DNA of 50,744 bases from a virus (IMGVR_UViG_3300030433_001244:1-50744); one strand, 5' to 3'; positions 29,238 through 39,741 are shown, numbered from the stretch's first letter. The notes: generated by a model not told the origin, from the sequence alone. Numbers and translations are program-made.

Positions 29238-29795
29238 TTATACTGCACTTTCTCTAGGATTAACAGGCCAGTCATTAAACTCAGAAGCAACTTTACCTGC
29301 ATCTCGCATCTCTTCTGTAAATACTGTCATAGCCTCAAGACCTGCAACATCAGTCTTACTGTCAATAGCAGTTTCAAGCGCATCAGCTTTTGCTCTTAGG
29401 TCTGTACGCCACTGTGCAAGGTCTGCTGGCTTTGCAGTACCATTGTCCTGTTCCCTGATAATAATCCAATCAGTTTGTGCTAGATAGCCACTAAGAGTTT
29501 TAGATACACTATTTTTCATAGCTGCCTTGATATCATCTACATTATTAGCAGACTGTGTTCTACGAACAACAACTCTATCTTCTTCTACAGCAGGAGCAGC
29601 TTCACTGGTACTATAAAACATATTTGATATGTAACTACCTTCATATTCATAAGGCACAATGCCCAGTGCTTTACGTTCTTCGTCTGTCCAAGAAGAACCA
29701 AAGATAGACTTAGGATATTGCACATCATTAATAGTCATGGCTTTTGGTTGGTGAATAATGTCTACCAACTGATTGCCCATAATTCTTGCCCACAT
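29238..29795 (-). CDS. Tail fibre assembly chaperone-like protein
   Basis: LAQTDWIIIR...WRTDLR motif; directly after the large fibre gene. Confidence 0.65.
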   Translation of the reverse strand: MWARIMGNQLVDIIHQPKAMTINDVQYPKSIFGSSWTDEERKALGIVPYEYEGSYISNMFYSTSEAAPAVEEDRVVVRRTQSANNVDDIKAAMKNSVSKTLSGYLAQTDWIIIREQDNGTAKPADLAQWRTDLRAKADALETAIDSKTDVAGLEAMTVFTEEMRDAGKVASEFNDWPVNPRESAV

Positions 29796-29815
29796 AGTTT
29801 AGTTTCCTTTCTTAA

Positions 29816-32800
29816 TTATCTACTATATATAGGAGGCAGTGTACCATTACCACCTATATCTGCCATTGCCAGATAGATAAATGTTTCAGATACATTCGGA
29901 TCACTGGCAATACGCATCTTAAATCCGTCTGAAAGCAAATCTAAAAAGTTCGTTGATGTGTCTTCAACTGCTGTATCATTTGCTTCAAGTTCGTTGTTTC
30001 TCACATTAAAGCCATTACGACTTTTATCAAAAATTTGCCAATCGGATGTTGAGTCTACAGATTTAAACAAAACAAAAGCTGGTTTAAAACCTAGGCTAAC
30101 GTAAGTGCCGTCTGTGCTGCCATTTCCTTCGTAACTTCCGACTTTGCACACACCAGGAACTGACCTAAAACAGTACGCAATCATCTCATCATTGGCTGAA
30201 CCACTAGCTTCATTATTGCTGCTTACAGAAAACACTGTTGAAGTTGGCGAAGTATCCTGCCACATATTAAAAGTTGTTGCTGCAGCTGTGGTTGATAAAT
30301 ACATATATTTTGTATTACCAACAACTTCAGCATAAACAGGCCAGTTTGTACCAGCATCTGTACGATTCTTAACAATAATAAGTTCTGGTGCTGCCGTTAA
30401 GCCATGTCCCAAAGTTTTTGCAGCAGCAGGATCAGACATCGTCCAACTAACAACGCTAAAGTGGTCTGCATCAGCCGCAATAACAGACGTATCTAAACTA
30501 CCATTACTGTTAGTTGAACCAGTTGTAGCACTGTCACCAAGCAACCACTGCCAGAGAACATAACTTTCATTGGCAGTGTTTACCTGTACGTCATTACCAA
30601 CCTGTACACCTCTTTGTAAAAATCTCTGTACGGTATTAAATTCAGTAGCTTCAGCAGCAGTTTCATTAGAGTGTATAACTTCTCCAACACCTCTTACTCT
30701 GTCTACTAAGATATGAGAGTCAGTAGCATCTCTATTCTTAATCCATGCCCAAGCTGTAATCTTGGATGCAGTGTCGTCTAGGTTGTCTTGGTTAAGTTCA
30801 GAAAAACCTGTTGGTGCTGCACCTTCCCATCCAGAAGAAATAAAATGGTGCGTTGCAACAGTAGAAGAACCACCAGAAACAACGCCAAAATATAATCTTT
30901 CATTAGGTAGATCAAATGGAGCAGCACCTGTTCCTGCCGCAGGATCACCTGAACTAAAAAATGTAGTTGACCCGCTACTTGCTAATCCAAAATAAATAAG
31001 ATTGTTGTCTACATCCCATGCAATGGCTAACCTATCACCATTAGACATTGCACCAGTATTGTATCCATTTACAATTGTACTGCCGTTATAAACTGCACCG
31101 TTGGCATTATTTGGAAGATATACAAATGAACTAGTCTGCGCCCAAGCTGATGTGCCTGTATAAGATAATCCTGCTGCTGTAAATAAACCGGGGTAGTATG
31201 CCCCTACTGTATCTAACTCAACTTCAAAGTACCACTTGCCACTGGTAGGTTGCATAGTAATTGGAAAACCACCATTGTCAGCATTAGTATATTTTAGATT
31301 ACCTTCCGTTAATGTAGAAGTTGCACTTCCAATATTTTTAAGGCTAAAAATAGGATAGTTTTGAGATGGACAGTCTGTAAACTGATCTGTGGTTGCCCAT
31401 GAACCATTAGAAGTAAAGTTGTTACCTTCTCCAGATGTATCTGTGCCAGCACCATTCCCAGTTCCCGGTGCAACTTTAAACTCAAGGTAATATCCTGTAT
31501 TGCCAAAATCATAGCTACCAATATCTTTTGGTATCCAACGATTTGTACTTGTGTCTAATTGACCAAAGTCAGAAGCATTTAGTTTAGCACCACTATCTGC
31601 ACCATCTAGAAAAGCAACTTCAGATACATAGCCATCATAATGTTGAGAAAAACCACCACCTACGTCATGCACTGCACTCGCACTATCAAGAAAGTTTAGA
31701 GCCGATGATCCATCAAGCGTACAGGTGTTAGTACCAAAACCTGTTGAATCATTAGGAATCTGCACACCATCATAAAATACTTTTACTCTGTCTGCTTGAG
31801 TGCTTTCTCCTTGATTTATAATAACAACTATATTGTGCCAAGCAGAATTATCTTTAAATGCTCTGGTTGTAATTCTCTGAAGAATAGTAGCACCACCGTT
31901 ATTAATTGTAAAATCAAGCTGATCACTTGTGTTGTAATAAATACTAAAATAATTACTACCATCTACTGAAACAGTTAAAGGACGAGCATTTATTCCTAAG
32001 TTTCCTCTCTTTGTCCACAGACTAAAAGCAGCTACTGTAGCAGAGCTTCTAGTTGCAGAAGAGTTTAATGTTAAATCTCTGCTATCTCCATCATCAAGCA
32101 TTACAGAGTTTGTTACAGTATACGCATCAGTAAACGGAACAAAGTCACCTACCCTTTGACCAGTGCCATTACCTTCATAGATAGTAGAATCAAAGTAGTC
32201 TATCCCTTGATAGTCTGGCGTTGGTAGATTTTTAGATGTTAATGGCTTAAACGTCTGACCATTTGCATGAAGCGAAACACCATCCATACCAAAATCAAAA
32301 GTTGAGTTTGGTGATGTACCCCCAACTAGCGCAGTTGGACACAGATCAAAACCACTGTCTGGAATGGTAAATGCTTCATTTGTTCCACCATCTGGATCAC
32401 CAGAATTAGGAATTACACCATTATCAGAAACCCACATTTTCCGAGTTTCAGCATTGTAATATATTTGATAAACATCATTTCCAGACGCAGCGTCTAAGTA
32501 TGAACCAGACGGAGAACCACCCTGCACTAAAGTACCGTCATGACTATAAAAACCATACAAGTTTGTATAAGAATAATCAGCAGCTTTCATATCTGAAAAA
32601 TTACGCACACCATAAATTAAATCAGCGTCTGTGGTATTGGTAATCTGCCACACCCATTTACCAGTTTTAGGAATAATAATGCCGGGGTTAATATCATCTC
32701 CATTTCCAGACGATCCAGATGCAGTTGTGTTACCATTGGAAAGAGGTGTTGAAAATGCAGCGCTTAGTGGATTAAGCAATGGATAAGACAAGCTAGGTGT

Positions 32801-34012
32801 ATTGCTTGACTGATTAACACTGCTTATACTGTTAGGCGTTAGATCATTACCATTACCACTAGCATCTGTACCTAAGTTACCAACGGCTGAATCTAAAATA
32901 ATTTCTCGAAAACCCCAACCAGAAGTACCAGAAGAATTAGAAATATTAATAAGTTTCCAATATCTATGTGAACCGGGATTATCAGATGTAAGGTCTAGTA
33001 TACCGCTATTTGCAGTTGTTGTTATTGATACGTTACTAAAGGTTGTTCCTGTATCAGTGAAGTCTGAGCCATTATCAGAAAACTGCACTTTGTAGTTACC
33101 AGTTACTGAAGCTCTTCCAGTAATTTTAACAGCTTTAACATCTTTTGCAGAACCTAGATCAAAAGCTACATGATCGTTACTTACATTAGTCGCTGGATCA
33201 ACATCACTTCGCCACTCAGTTGTAAAATCTCCATCTGTTAAATTAGATAATGATCCACTAACTGTACCAGCGTTAGACGTAGGTGTAACACCAGAAGATA
33301 AAGCTACACTTGCAGTAGAAAAGTCTAAACAAAAACTGTTACCACCAGCAGTAGATGCTAATGCAGCAATATCTGCATCAGCTTTTGGGATAATCTGTGA
33401 ACCATTAGTTCCAAATGTAAATGTATCTATAAAATCTGTGATAGCTACATCACCGCCTTGTATTGATTGACCGTCTAGCATTACAGGTTGAGCAATGTAA
33501 CCATTTAAAAAAGTATTTGTAAAAATACTACCAACAGATTGAGTAGCGGTGCTGCCAAAAGCTGTACCAAAACTACCTCTTCGATCATCTGACCAATCTG
33601 TTACTTCTTCTCCGTTTATATACAATTTTCCCTTATTAGTTCCAGATTCGTCTAACTTCCAACTACCTAAAACATGATACCAACCAATATCTCTAAATAG
33701 TTGTGCTGCTACTGCTCCCTGTCCTACATTGTACATATACATTTTATTTCCACTAAGCCACAAACCAGCATTAGTAGAACCACTTGTCCCAGTTCCAAGA
33801 CCCATCAAACCTATATTGCCAGTGCTAGTGGTAGTCAGTTGAAACCAACATGCCATAACACATTCAGTTGAACTATGGCTTGTGGTTGATCTGTCTAAAT
33901 CATCAGCAGAACCATCCAACCAAACTGAATTACCAATCAGAGTTGTGTCAAATCGTGCTGCTGCTCCACCTTGACCTGCTGCGCCTAAAAGAAGATTATT
34001 ATTAAATACCAT
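29816..34012 (-). CDS. Multi-domain lectin-like receptor-binding tail protein (LamG/ConA, F5/8C, SPRY-like)
   Basis: GWYHV and AWHNIV (LamG); FDLGSAKDV...HRYWKL (discoidin); GKWVWQ and GKWYFE (SPRY); WIKNRD, HGL..APELIIVK, LGFKPAFV repeats. Confidence 0.75.
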   Translation of the reverse strand: MVFNNNLLLGAAGQGGAAARFDTTLIGNSVWLDGSADDLDRSTTSHSSTECVMACWFQLTTTSTGNIGLMGLGTGTSGSTNAGLWLSGNKMYMYNVGQGAVAAQLFRDIGWYHVLGSWKLDESGTNKGKLYINGEEVTDWSDDRRGSFGTAFGSTATQSVGSIFTNTFLNGYIAQPVMLDGQSIQGGDVAITDFIDTFTFGTNGSQIIPKADADIAALASTAGGNSFCLDFSTASVALSSGVTPTSNAGTVSGSLSNLTDGDFTTEWRSDVDPATNVSNDHVAFDLGSAKDVKAVKITGRASVTGNYKVQFSDNGSDFTDTGTTFSNVSITTTANSGILDLTSDNPGSHRYWKLINISNSSGTSGWGFREIILDSAVGNLGTDASGNGNDLTPNSISSVNQSSNTPSLSYPLLNPLSAAFSTPLSNGNTTASGSSGNGDDINPGIIIPKTGKWVWQITNTTDADLIYGVRNFSDMKAADYSYTNLYGFYSHDGTLVQGGSPSGSYLDAASGNDVYQIYYNAETRKMWVSDNGVIPNSGDPDGGTNEAFTIPDSGFDLCPTALVGGTSPNSTFDFGMDGVSLHANGQTFKPLTSKNLPTPDYQGIDYFDSTIYEGNGTGQRVGDFVPFTDAYTVTNSVMLDDGDSRDLTLNSSATRSSATVAAFSLWTKRGNLGINARPLTVSVDGSNYFSIYYNTSDQLDFTINNGGATILQRITTRAFKDNSAWHNIVVIINQGESTQADRVKVFYDGVQIPNDSTGFGTNTCTLDGSSALNFLDSASAVHDVGGGFSQHYDGYVSEVAFLDGADSGAKLNASDFGQLDTSTNRWIPKDIGSYDFGNTGYYLEFKVAPGTGNGAGTDTSGEGNNFTSNGSWATTDQFTDCPSQNYPIFSLKNIGSATSTLTEGNLKYTNADNGGFPITMQPTSGKWYFEVELDTVGAYYPGLFTAAGLSYTGTSAWAQTSSFVYLPNNANGAVYNGSTIVNGYNTGAMSNGDRLAIAWDVDNNLIYFGLASSGSTTFFSSGDPAAGTGAAPFDLPNERLYFGVVSGGSSTVATHHFISSGWEGAAPTGFSELNQDNLDDTASKITAWAWIKNRDATDSHILVDRVRGVGEVIHSNETAAEATEFNTVQRFLQRGVQVGNDVQVNTANESYVLWQWLLGDSATTGSTNSNGSLDTSVIAADADHFSVVSWTMSDPAAAKTLGHGLTAAPELIIVKNRTDAGTNWPVYAEVVGNTKYMYLSTTAAATTFNMWQDTSPTSTVFSVSSNNEASGSANDEMIAYCFRSVPGVCKVGSYEGNGSTDGTYVSLGFKPAFVLFKSVDSTSDWQIFDKSRNGFNVRNNELEANDTAVEDTSTNFLDLLSDGFKMRIASDPNVSETFIYLAMADIGGNGTLPPIYSR

Positions 34013-35680
34013 CTATGAATACGCCTTTGTTATCACTGCATGAACATCTGTAGATGTATGTACAATATAGTCTAACCTATCTACTGAATTGATAGAAGTA
34101 GAAATAACAGGAGCAGTGCCGTCAGGAAAATCCCAACTTGATCCATAAGCAAGTGTTCTTGTTCCTGTACCGTCTTGTACAATAAAGATACTTCCCACCT
34201 GACCTGCAACACAGTTTGTGGGATTTTCTAACGTCCTGTTACCTGCAAGTGTGATTGCAAAGTTCTGTCCTGTATTAAAGTCAATAGCAATACTTGCTGC
34301 ATCTGTAAGACTTACAATGTCTGCTACAGCAGCAGTACCAATACGAAGGTCTTTTCCTAGAAGTGCATCCACTCCAATAGCAACTGCACTTACATAAAAA
34401 TCTGTACCACTTACTGTACCAGTTAGTGTACCACCTGCAAGAGGTAAATGGTTTGCAATGCTTGTCGCTAAAGCAGAAGATACTGTAGCTAATTCTGCAC
34501 TTGTAGCAAAATTACTACCATCTCCTAGTATACTATTAATAGAGGTAATAGCTGCACTATTAACAGAAGTTAATACAGATACAGCATTTACTACTGTATT
34601 AATACTAGTAATAGCTGTAGTTCTATTATTAATACTAGTAGCAAAAGTAGAAGATAAATCAGTAATTACTGTATTAATACTAGTTACTGCTGCAGTATTA
34701 ACACTTGTTAGTGCTGAAACTGCTGCAACTACTGTATTAATACTAGTTACTGCTGCAGCATTAACACTTGTTAAAACTGATACTGCAGCAATATTTGTAT
34801 TACTGTTTCCAATGCTCGTAGCTAAAGCTGCAGATACTGTAGCAAGTTCTGCACTTGTTGCAAAGTCTAGATTATCAACTACAGTATTAATGCTTGTAAT
34901 AGCTGCAGCATTAACTGAAGTAAGTGCTGAGACATTTGCAACTACAGTATTAATACTGGTAATTGAATCAAGGTTTGTCTGTGTTAGTACTGATACTGCA
35001 GCAACATCATTTACTGTTGCAGCAGTAACACCAGAGATAAGAAGATCACCTGTTACTGCAAGAGCAGTACTAACTGAAACTGTACCAAAGTTTTGATCAG
35101 CAGAAACAAGAATTGTACCACTTACAGGTATTGAACTTGATACTGCACCATCAACCGTAATCTTAATGCCAGTACCTGCTTCAACTCTTTTTACTGTACC
35201 ACCTTCAAGAGAAGGAACATTTGTAAGTCCTGAACCATCACCTACAAAAAAACCTGCACTTACAGTTCCATTAAAAACACCAGAGGATGCAGATACTCTA
35301 GCAACATTAATTGTTGTGTCAGCTAAACTTAAAGAAATAGTAGGATTGCCTTCAGTACCATCTGCATTACCTATTGTTATTCCTGTACCTGCAGTAAGTG
35401 TCCTACCGTATACATCTCCACCACTTACCGCAACAAGACCTGTTGCACCAGTAAGATCAGCTACATTATTTAATGTAGATGCATCAGCAGTAAGTGCAAC
35501 ACCATTTAATTGAAATGTACCATTAATATTAACTATACTATTAGTAAGCTGTAAAGCAGAACTATTGCCATTACCATCTTCTACTGTTTGAAGAGAAGAA
35601 GTTAAACCTGTATTATTATTACCTATTTGTAATAATTGCTTATAACTATTAGCTATTTGTTTACTTGTAAGTGTTGGCAT
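34013..35680 (-). CDS. Tail fibre protein with repetitive shaft
   Basis: Repeats VSxLTSVNxAA(I/V)TSINTVV; C-terminal domain paralogous to 27952-28857; ATG 35680 likely. Confidence 0.75.
   Translation of the reverse strand: MPTLTSKQIANSYKQLLQIGNNNTGLTSSLQTVEDGNGNSSALQLTNSIVNINGTFQLNGVALTADASTLNNVADLTGATGLVAVSGGDVYGRTLTAGTGITIGNADGTEGNPTISLSLADTTINVARVSASSGVFNGTVSAGFFVGDGSGLTNVPSLEGGTVKRVEAGTGIKITVDGAVSSSIPVSGTILVSADQNFGTVSVSTALAVTGDLLISGVTAATVNDVAAVSVLTQTNLDSITSINTVVANVSALTSVNAAAITSINTVVDNLDFATSAELATVSAALATSIGNSNTNIAAVSVLTSVNAAAVTSINTVVAAVSALTSVNTAAVTSINTVITDLSSTFATSINNRTTAITSINTVVNAVSVLTSVNSAAITSINSILGDGSNFATSAELATVSSALATSIANHLPLAGGTLTGTVSGTDFYVSAVAIGVDALLGKDLRIGTAAVADIVSLTDAASIAIDFNTGQNFAITLAGNRTLENPTNCVAGQVGSIFIVQDGTGTRTLAYGSSWDFPDGTAPVISTSINSVDRLDYIVHTSTDVHAVITKAYS
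34440..35010 (-). repeat. Coding repeat block (~63 nt / 21 aa period) in tail fibre
   Basis: TSINTV/TSINSI x6 and FATSAELATVS.ALATSI x2. Confidence 0.8.
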
Positions 35681-35958
35681 TATACTAAATTCCAATCAGT
35701 ATCATAATTTTCCCAATTATTGGTTGCATCTTCCCAAGCAACATTTCTATCATTATTTAGTGGTGGACGAGGATTACGAATACTTTCGTCATCACGTACA
35801 TTAGCAGTCCTATTCTGTGGATGGTTCTTTAAATCGTATGCTCCCTCATAATCTGTAGGGCATACAAGCATACCATAACTATTCATTTTCATTACCCTAT
35901 GAGGATATCGAAAACCACAAGTGTCACATATTGCTAATGCTCGCTTATTACTTGCCAT
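35680..35958 (-). CDS. Small Cys-motif virion-associated protein
   Basis: CDTCGFRY...VCPTD...HPQ. Confidence 0.65.
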   Translation of the reverse strand: MASNKRALAICDTCGFRYPHRVMKMNSYGMLVCPTDYEGAYDLKNHPQNRTANVRDDESIRNPRPPLNNDRNVAWEDATNNWENYDTDWNLV

Positions 35959-35960
35959 AA

Positions 35961-36635
35961 TTATACTTTATTCAAACGTGGTAGAAAATAGGCACTTGCT
36001 CTTTCTCTGTCCTCATGCATCGCTCTTGCAAGACGTTCTTCATATTCTAATTTAAGAAATTGAATACGTGAACTGTCCACACCGGGACGCTTCATTGACA
36101 TAAAATATGATAGACCTGCTGTAAGGCAGGGCAGAAAACGTCTCGAAACATCAGCAATTTGTACAGCAGATTTATTAACATCTTCAGTATACTTTATTTG
36201 TTCTAGTTTAAGAGTATCTGTTGTATTTTCTGGTACAGGCCAGAGGTGAAGAGTAGGATTAGCACGATCACGGCGAATAGCATACTGTGTAGGTCTTCCC
36301 TTTTGACCTTTACGAGGTATCTTGAGATACTCTTCCATACTAATTCTTTCAAGTTGTAAATCAGTATTATCTCTATTTAATACTGCCTCTGTAATATCTA
36401 TTGTACTGGAAGTAAGAGCATAAGCTGTAACACTAGTAGAAACTGAAACTACTGTCGTACCAGCAGTCCATAAAAGAATGCCTCGATTTTGCCAATCTTG
36501 TAAAAGAAGATTAATTGAACGACGAGCAGACTTAGGTTCATGTCCTAGTGTCTGTTCACCACCAATCATTTCCATTGCTTCTTGAATAACTTCATCAATA
36601 TCCATTGAGAAGTTATATGTGCCACTGGTACTCAT
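35961..36635 (-). CDS. Head-tail adaptor / tail tubular protein A-like
   Basis: ARRSINLLLQDWQNRG, LHLWPVP, GLSYF; gene order. Confidence 0.65.
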   Translation of the reverse strand: MSTSGTYNFSMDIDEVIQEAMEMIGGEQTLGHEPKSARRSINLLLQDWQNRGILLWTAGTTVVSVSTSVTAYALTSSTIDITEAVLNRDNTDLQLERISMEEYLKIPRKGQKGRPTQYAIRRDRANPTLHLWPVPENTTDTLKLEQIKYTEDVNKSAVQIADVSRRFLPCLTAGLSYFMSMKRPGVDSSRIQFLKLEYEERLARAMHEDRERASAYFLPRLNKV

Positions 36636-36646
36636 TAGAGTTATCC

Positions 36647-36835
36647 TTAGTCGTTATACTCTACAATTTTACCCGGTTCATAATCCACAACAACATCTTG
36701 TTCTTTGGCTTTAATTTGTGGACCTTTACGAGCAGCACCGTAACCCTGTCCAGTAGGACGACCTGTCATCTTAACAAGGTCTTCTTCTGTACGTGGATTT
36801 TTAATCCAGTTATACGTATACTCTTTTATTGCCAT
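36647..36835 (-). CDS. Small hypothetical protein
   Basis: SD AGGAG; GQGYGAARKG motif resembles C-terminus of 38278-39075. Confidence 0.6.
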   Translation of the reverse strand: MAIKEYTYNWIKNPRTEEDLVKMTGRPTGQGYGAARKGPQIKAKEQDVVVDYEPGKIVEYND

Positions 36836-36929
36836 TTTTAACTCTCCTGTTCACCTTACGTTTAGTTTTTCTTTTCTTACTAGGTACTTTAGTAATCTGT
36901 TTTGGTATGCTTGATCTACCTATAGCCAT
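36810..36929 (-). CDS. 39-aa highly basic peptide (not in ORF track)
   Basis: MAIGRSSIPKQITKVPSKKRKTKRKVNRRVKNGNKRVYV*; ATG abuts upstream stop. Confidence 0.55.
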   Translation of the reverse strand: MAIGRSSIPKQITKVPSKKRKTKRKVNRRVKNGNKRVYV

Positions 36930-37235
36930 CTAACACTTCCACCTTCTTCGTGCTTGCCGTAGTCTTGAGTTAGGATTTTTAGCAGCTTTAGGAAACTTTT
37001 TCATTTGTCCTGCACTACGTGCACAATAGCTCTTACGTCTCTTTGCACGCTTTCCTGTAGGTTTAGATTCAGTTACAGCAGTTTTAAGTTTACTACCGGG
37101 ATTTTCTCTACGATATTTTGCCACACCTTTAGCTGTCATACCAGCACCTTGTTTGGTAGGACGCTTATGACCACCACCAATTGTATGACCCTTCATACCT
37201 TTACCAGTAGACTTACGTTTCTTTTTTACAGCCAT
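36930..37235 (-). CDS. Highly basic small protein
   Basis: K/R-rich, RRKSYCARS, ends RRWKC. Confidence 0.75.
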   Translation of the reverse strand: MAVKKKRKSTGKGMKGHTIGGGHKRPTKQGAGMTAKGVAKYRRENPGSKLKTAVTESKPTGKRAKRRKSYCARSAGQMKKFPKAAKNPNSRLRQARRRWKC

Positions 37236-37687
37236 TATTTTTTCCTGCGTGTTTTAGTGCTAGTTTTAAAAGTACGAACCATTGTAGGCTTACCACCTAC
37301 ACCTTGCTTAACTGCTCGCTTACGCTTTACTGCAGACGCTTTCTGTCCTGCTGTCATACTCTTTGCTTTTGCAAGTGGCACACATTTAGGATACTTACGC
37401 TTTGTACTCTTAGTTGACTTTCTGCCACAAGGTTGGTACTTACCCTTCTTCTTTGGTGCACCAATGTCAACCCACTTCTCGTCTACCCATTTACGTAAAC
37501 CACCACCTGTTTTTGCACGCACAACTTTTCTTTTTTTAGTGGTAGATTTTTTAGCAGTTTTCTTTTTACCTCCCGGCTTTACTTTACCACTACAAACAGC
37601 AGAAGCATACATATTCGCATAAGCTGAAGGATATACATCAAACTTACGCTTTGCTGCAGCTTTACCCTTTGGACATAGTTTAGCCAC
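37235..37687 (-). CDS. Highly basic small protein
   Basis: K-rich, [28 protein letters not shown]. Confidence 0.75.
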   Translation of the reverse strand: MAKLCPKGKAAAKRKFDVYPSAYANMYASAVCSGKVKPGGKKKTAKKSTTKKRKVVRAKTGGGLRKWVDEKWVDIGAPKKKGKYQPCGRKSTKSTKRKYPKCVPLAKAKSMTAGQKASAVKRKRAVKQGVGGKPTMVRTFKTSTKTRRKK

Positions 37688-37823
37688 GTTTTCTTTTTCC
37701 CTTGCTCTTTTTTGCCTGACTTAGTGCAATAGCTACCGCTTGCTTTTGAGGATACTTTTCCTTTTTCAGCTTACGAATGTTTGCACTAACCGTCTTTTGG
37801 CTTGAACCTTTTTTAAGAGGCAT
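37680..37823 (-). CDS. 47-aa highly basic peptide (not in ORF track)
   Basis: [47 protein letters not shown]; TAATG-coupled, fills the gap exactly. Confidence 0.7.
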   Translation of the reverse strand: MPLKKGSSQKTVSANIRKLKKEKYPQKQAVAIALSQAKKSKGKRKRG

Positions 37824-38275
37824 TACATATACAGTCTATTCTGACAACCACCTTTGCCTTTTTTACTTTTACTCTTTGATGACTTGGATGTTTTACCCAT
37901 AGCCATTTCCTGCTGCTGAGTGATAGAACCGCCCTCTTTATACTTCTTGACTTTACCACCACCCATCATTTTCTTTTTATCATTCATTGTATCTTTCCTT
38001 TCTTTAACTTTTTTTGCTACTTTTTTAGCAAACCTAGCACCACGTTGACCTTCCTTTGAACGAGTAAGATTAATAGCATCAGCAGATAAATTTAATAATG
38101 CTGCTCTAGGAGACATATTACCAAACGGACTATGTTTTTTCATATCTTCAGTAGCAAGTGCTGATGGTAGACGTTGTTCAAACCCCTTTTTTAAAGCCTT
38201 ACTAGAGTAATAGGGTTTTTTAGAAGATACTTTTATTTTTTTACTTTTATTAGAAACACTTTTCTTTTTGTCCAT
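37823..38275 (-). CDS. Highly basic protein
   Basis: K/S-rich; KMMGGGKV and YKEGGSI motifs. Confidence 0.7.
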   Translation of the reverse strand: MDKKKSVSNKSKKIKVSSKKPYYSSKALKKGFEQRLPSALATEDMKKHSPFGNMSPRAALLNLSADAINLTRSKEGQRGARFAKKVAKKVKERKDTMNDKKKMMGGGKVKKYKEGGSITQQQEMAMGKTSKSSKSKSKKGKGGCQNRLYM

Positions 38276-38277
38276 AA

Positions 38278-39075
38278 TTAAAATCCTCTCAATGCTGCAC
38301 CTGCGCCACGACCAGAAAATCCTTTACGTCTTTTAGATACTGATCCACCTGTAGATTTTTTAGATACAGCACCCATATCTACAATAACATTTGCATCTTT
38401 TTTATTGCTAGGTACTTGAACATTACGCCCACTTAATCCTCTACGAGTTGTGCTATATTCTTTAGTATCCTTAGTTTTAGGTTTAGGAGCAGGTTTTGAT
38501 TTAGGTCTAGGAGCAAGTTTTGGTTTGTCTTTAGCAGTAGCTGACATAGGTACAGCACCCATACCTGATCCACCTACTGTTCTTTCTGCTCTGCCTAAAG
38601 CTTTTCCTGTTCGTTCCATCTTTTTAGAATACCCTACTCTTTTACCTGTACCCTTTTCAGATGCTCTTGAAGTAGTAGGATTTTTCTTTCTACGACTCAT
38701 GCCTTTAGGAACAAAACTTTCTGTTTTATTATCTTTTAATTTTTTACTAGGTAATTGACCAGATTTTTCTTTATCTGCAATTTCTCTAACTCTTTTAAGT
38801 TGATCTTTAATAGATTGTTTTGATGGTCCTGTTTTTGTTCCTGTTAAAGGTTGTAGTGCTTTTTCTAACATAGTTTTGCTTAAATTTTTTGCTAACATTG
38901 CAATAGGTTTACCATATGCACCACCTACGACTGATGCAGCTAAACTAGCCATACCAGTTTTTTGACGTTCAGTAGGTACATTTGCTTGACCTTTAACTTT
39001 TACTTTTTTACCGTCAGATATTTGACTATAAGGTTTAGCAGGTTTTCCTAAAGCATGAGTAGATTGTCTTGCCAT
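38278..39075 (-). CDS. Highly basic protein
   Basis: K/R-rich; KSTGGSV; ends GRGAGAALRGF; SD AGGAG. Confidence 0.7.
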   Translation of the reverse strand: MARQSTHALGKPAKPYSQISDGKKVKVKGQANVPTERQKTGMASLAASVVGGAYGKPIAMLAKNLSKTMLEKALQPLTGTKTGPSKQSIKDQLKRVREIADKEKSGQLPSKKLKDNKTESFVPKGMSRRKKNPTTSRASEKGTGKRVGYSKKMERTGKALGRAERTVGGSGMGAVPMSATAKDKPKLAPRPKSKPAPKPKTKDTKEYSTTRRGLSGRNVQVPSNKKDANVIVDMGAVSKKSTGGSVSKRRKGFSGRGAGAALRGF

Positions 39076-39084
39076 AATATTCTC

Positions 39085-39741
39085 CTAATTAGTATTTGGC
39101 ACTAAGTTATCATCTGCACCTGCAGGACTTGCAGGAGTTTGCATATCATCTCGTCTTGTTCTGCGTGCCTGATTACGCTGCAGTTCAAGAACTTGTGCAT
39201 ACCGTTGTTCATAAAGCTGTGCACCGGGAAAGTCTTTTTGAAATAACATTGCTTCTACCATTGAGGCATTGAACAATAAGTCATAACAGTAATTAGAAAA
39301 ATAATTTGTGTCTGTTGCAGAAGTAAGAGTAGTAGGTCTGCTAATATGTACTACCTGTCCATCATAAGTAGATGCAGGTGTAGGAGCAATTAAAACTGTA
39401 CTGTTGTTACGTGGTGCATAGTAACGTGGTTCTGCTGTAGAAGCAGATACAGGCCAGTAGTCATTGATATATTCATCAGTTCTTTGAAGAAGATTAATTT
39501 TTGTAGAATCACTTACAATATTAATATTCTTTACAATACGTGTTCCTGTTGGTAATGTAATAATATTATTACCTGAACTTACAGCCACAGAAGTGTACGT
39601 TACCAAACCATAGTCATCTAGGTCTTTAGTAAGTCTTTCTTCTGCACGATTGACCATGTTTGGCACATAGTCTAAAAACTCTGTACCATCATTTTCACAT
39701 GCATTGATAAGATCATTAACAAGATACGTATAGTTAGCCAT
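39085..39741 (-). CDS. Head completion / adaptor protein
   Basis: AEERL, PRYYA, IAPTP motifs; follows capsid genes. Confidence 0.6.
   Translation of the reverse strand: MANYTYLVNDLINACENDGTEFLDYVPNMVNRAEERLTKDLDDYGLVTYTSVAVSSGNNIITLPTGTRIVKNINIVSDSTKINLLQRTDEYINDYWPVSASTAEPRYYAPRNNSTVLIAPTPASTYDGQVVHISRPTTLTSATDTNYFSNYCYDLLFNASMVEAMLFQKDFPGAQLYEQRYAQVLELQRNQARRTRRDDMQTPASPAGADDNLVPNTN

Noticed and set aside
29816-35680. Iron-binding HxH motifs in tail fibres (Ferrojan-horse idea)
   Set aside because: No repeated HxH motifs found in the fibre sequences
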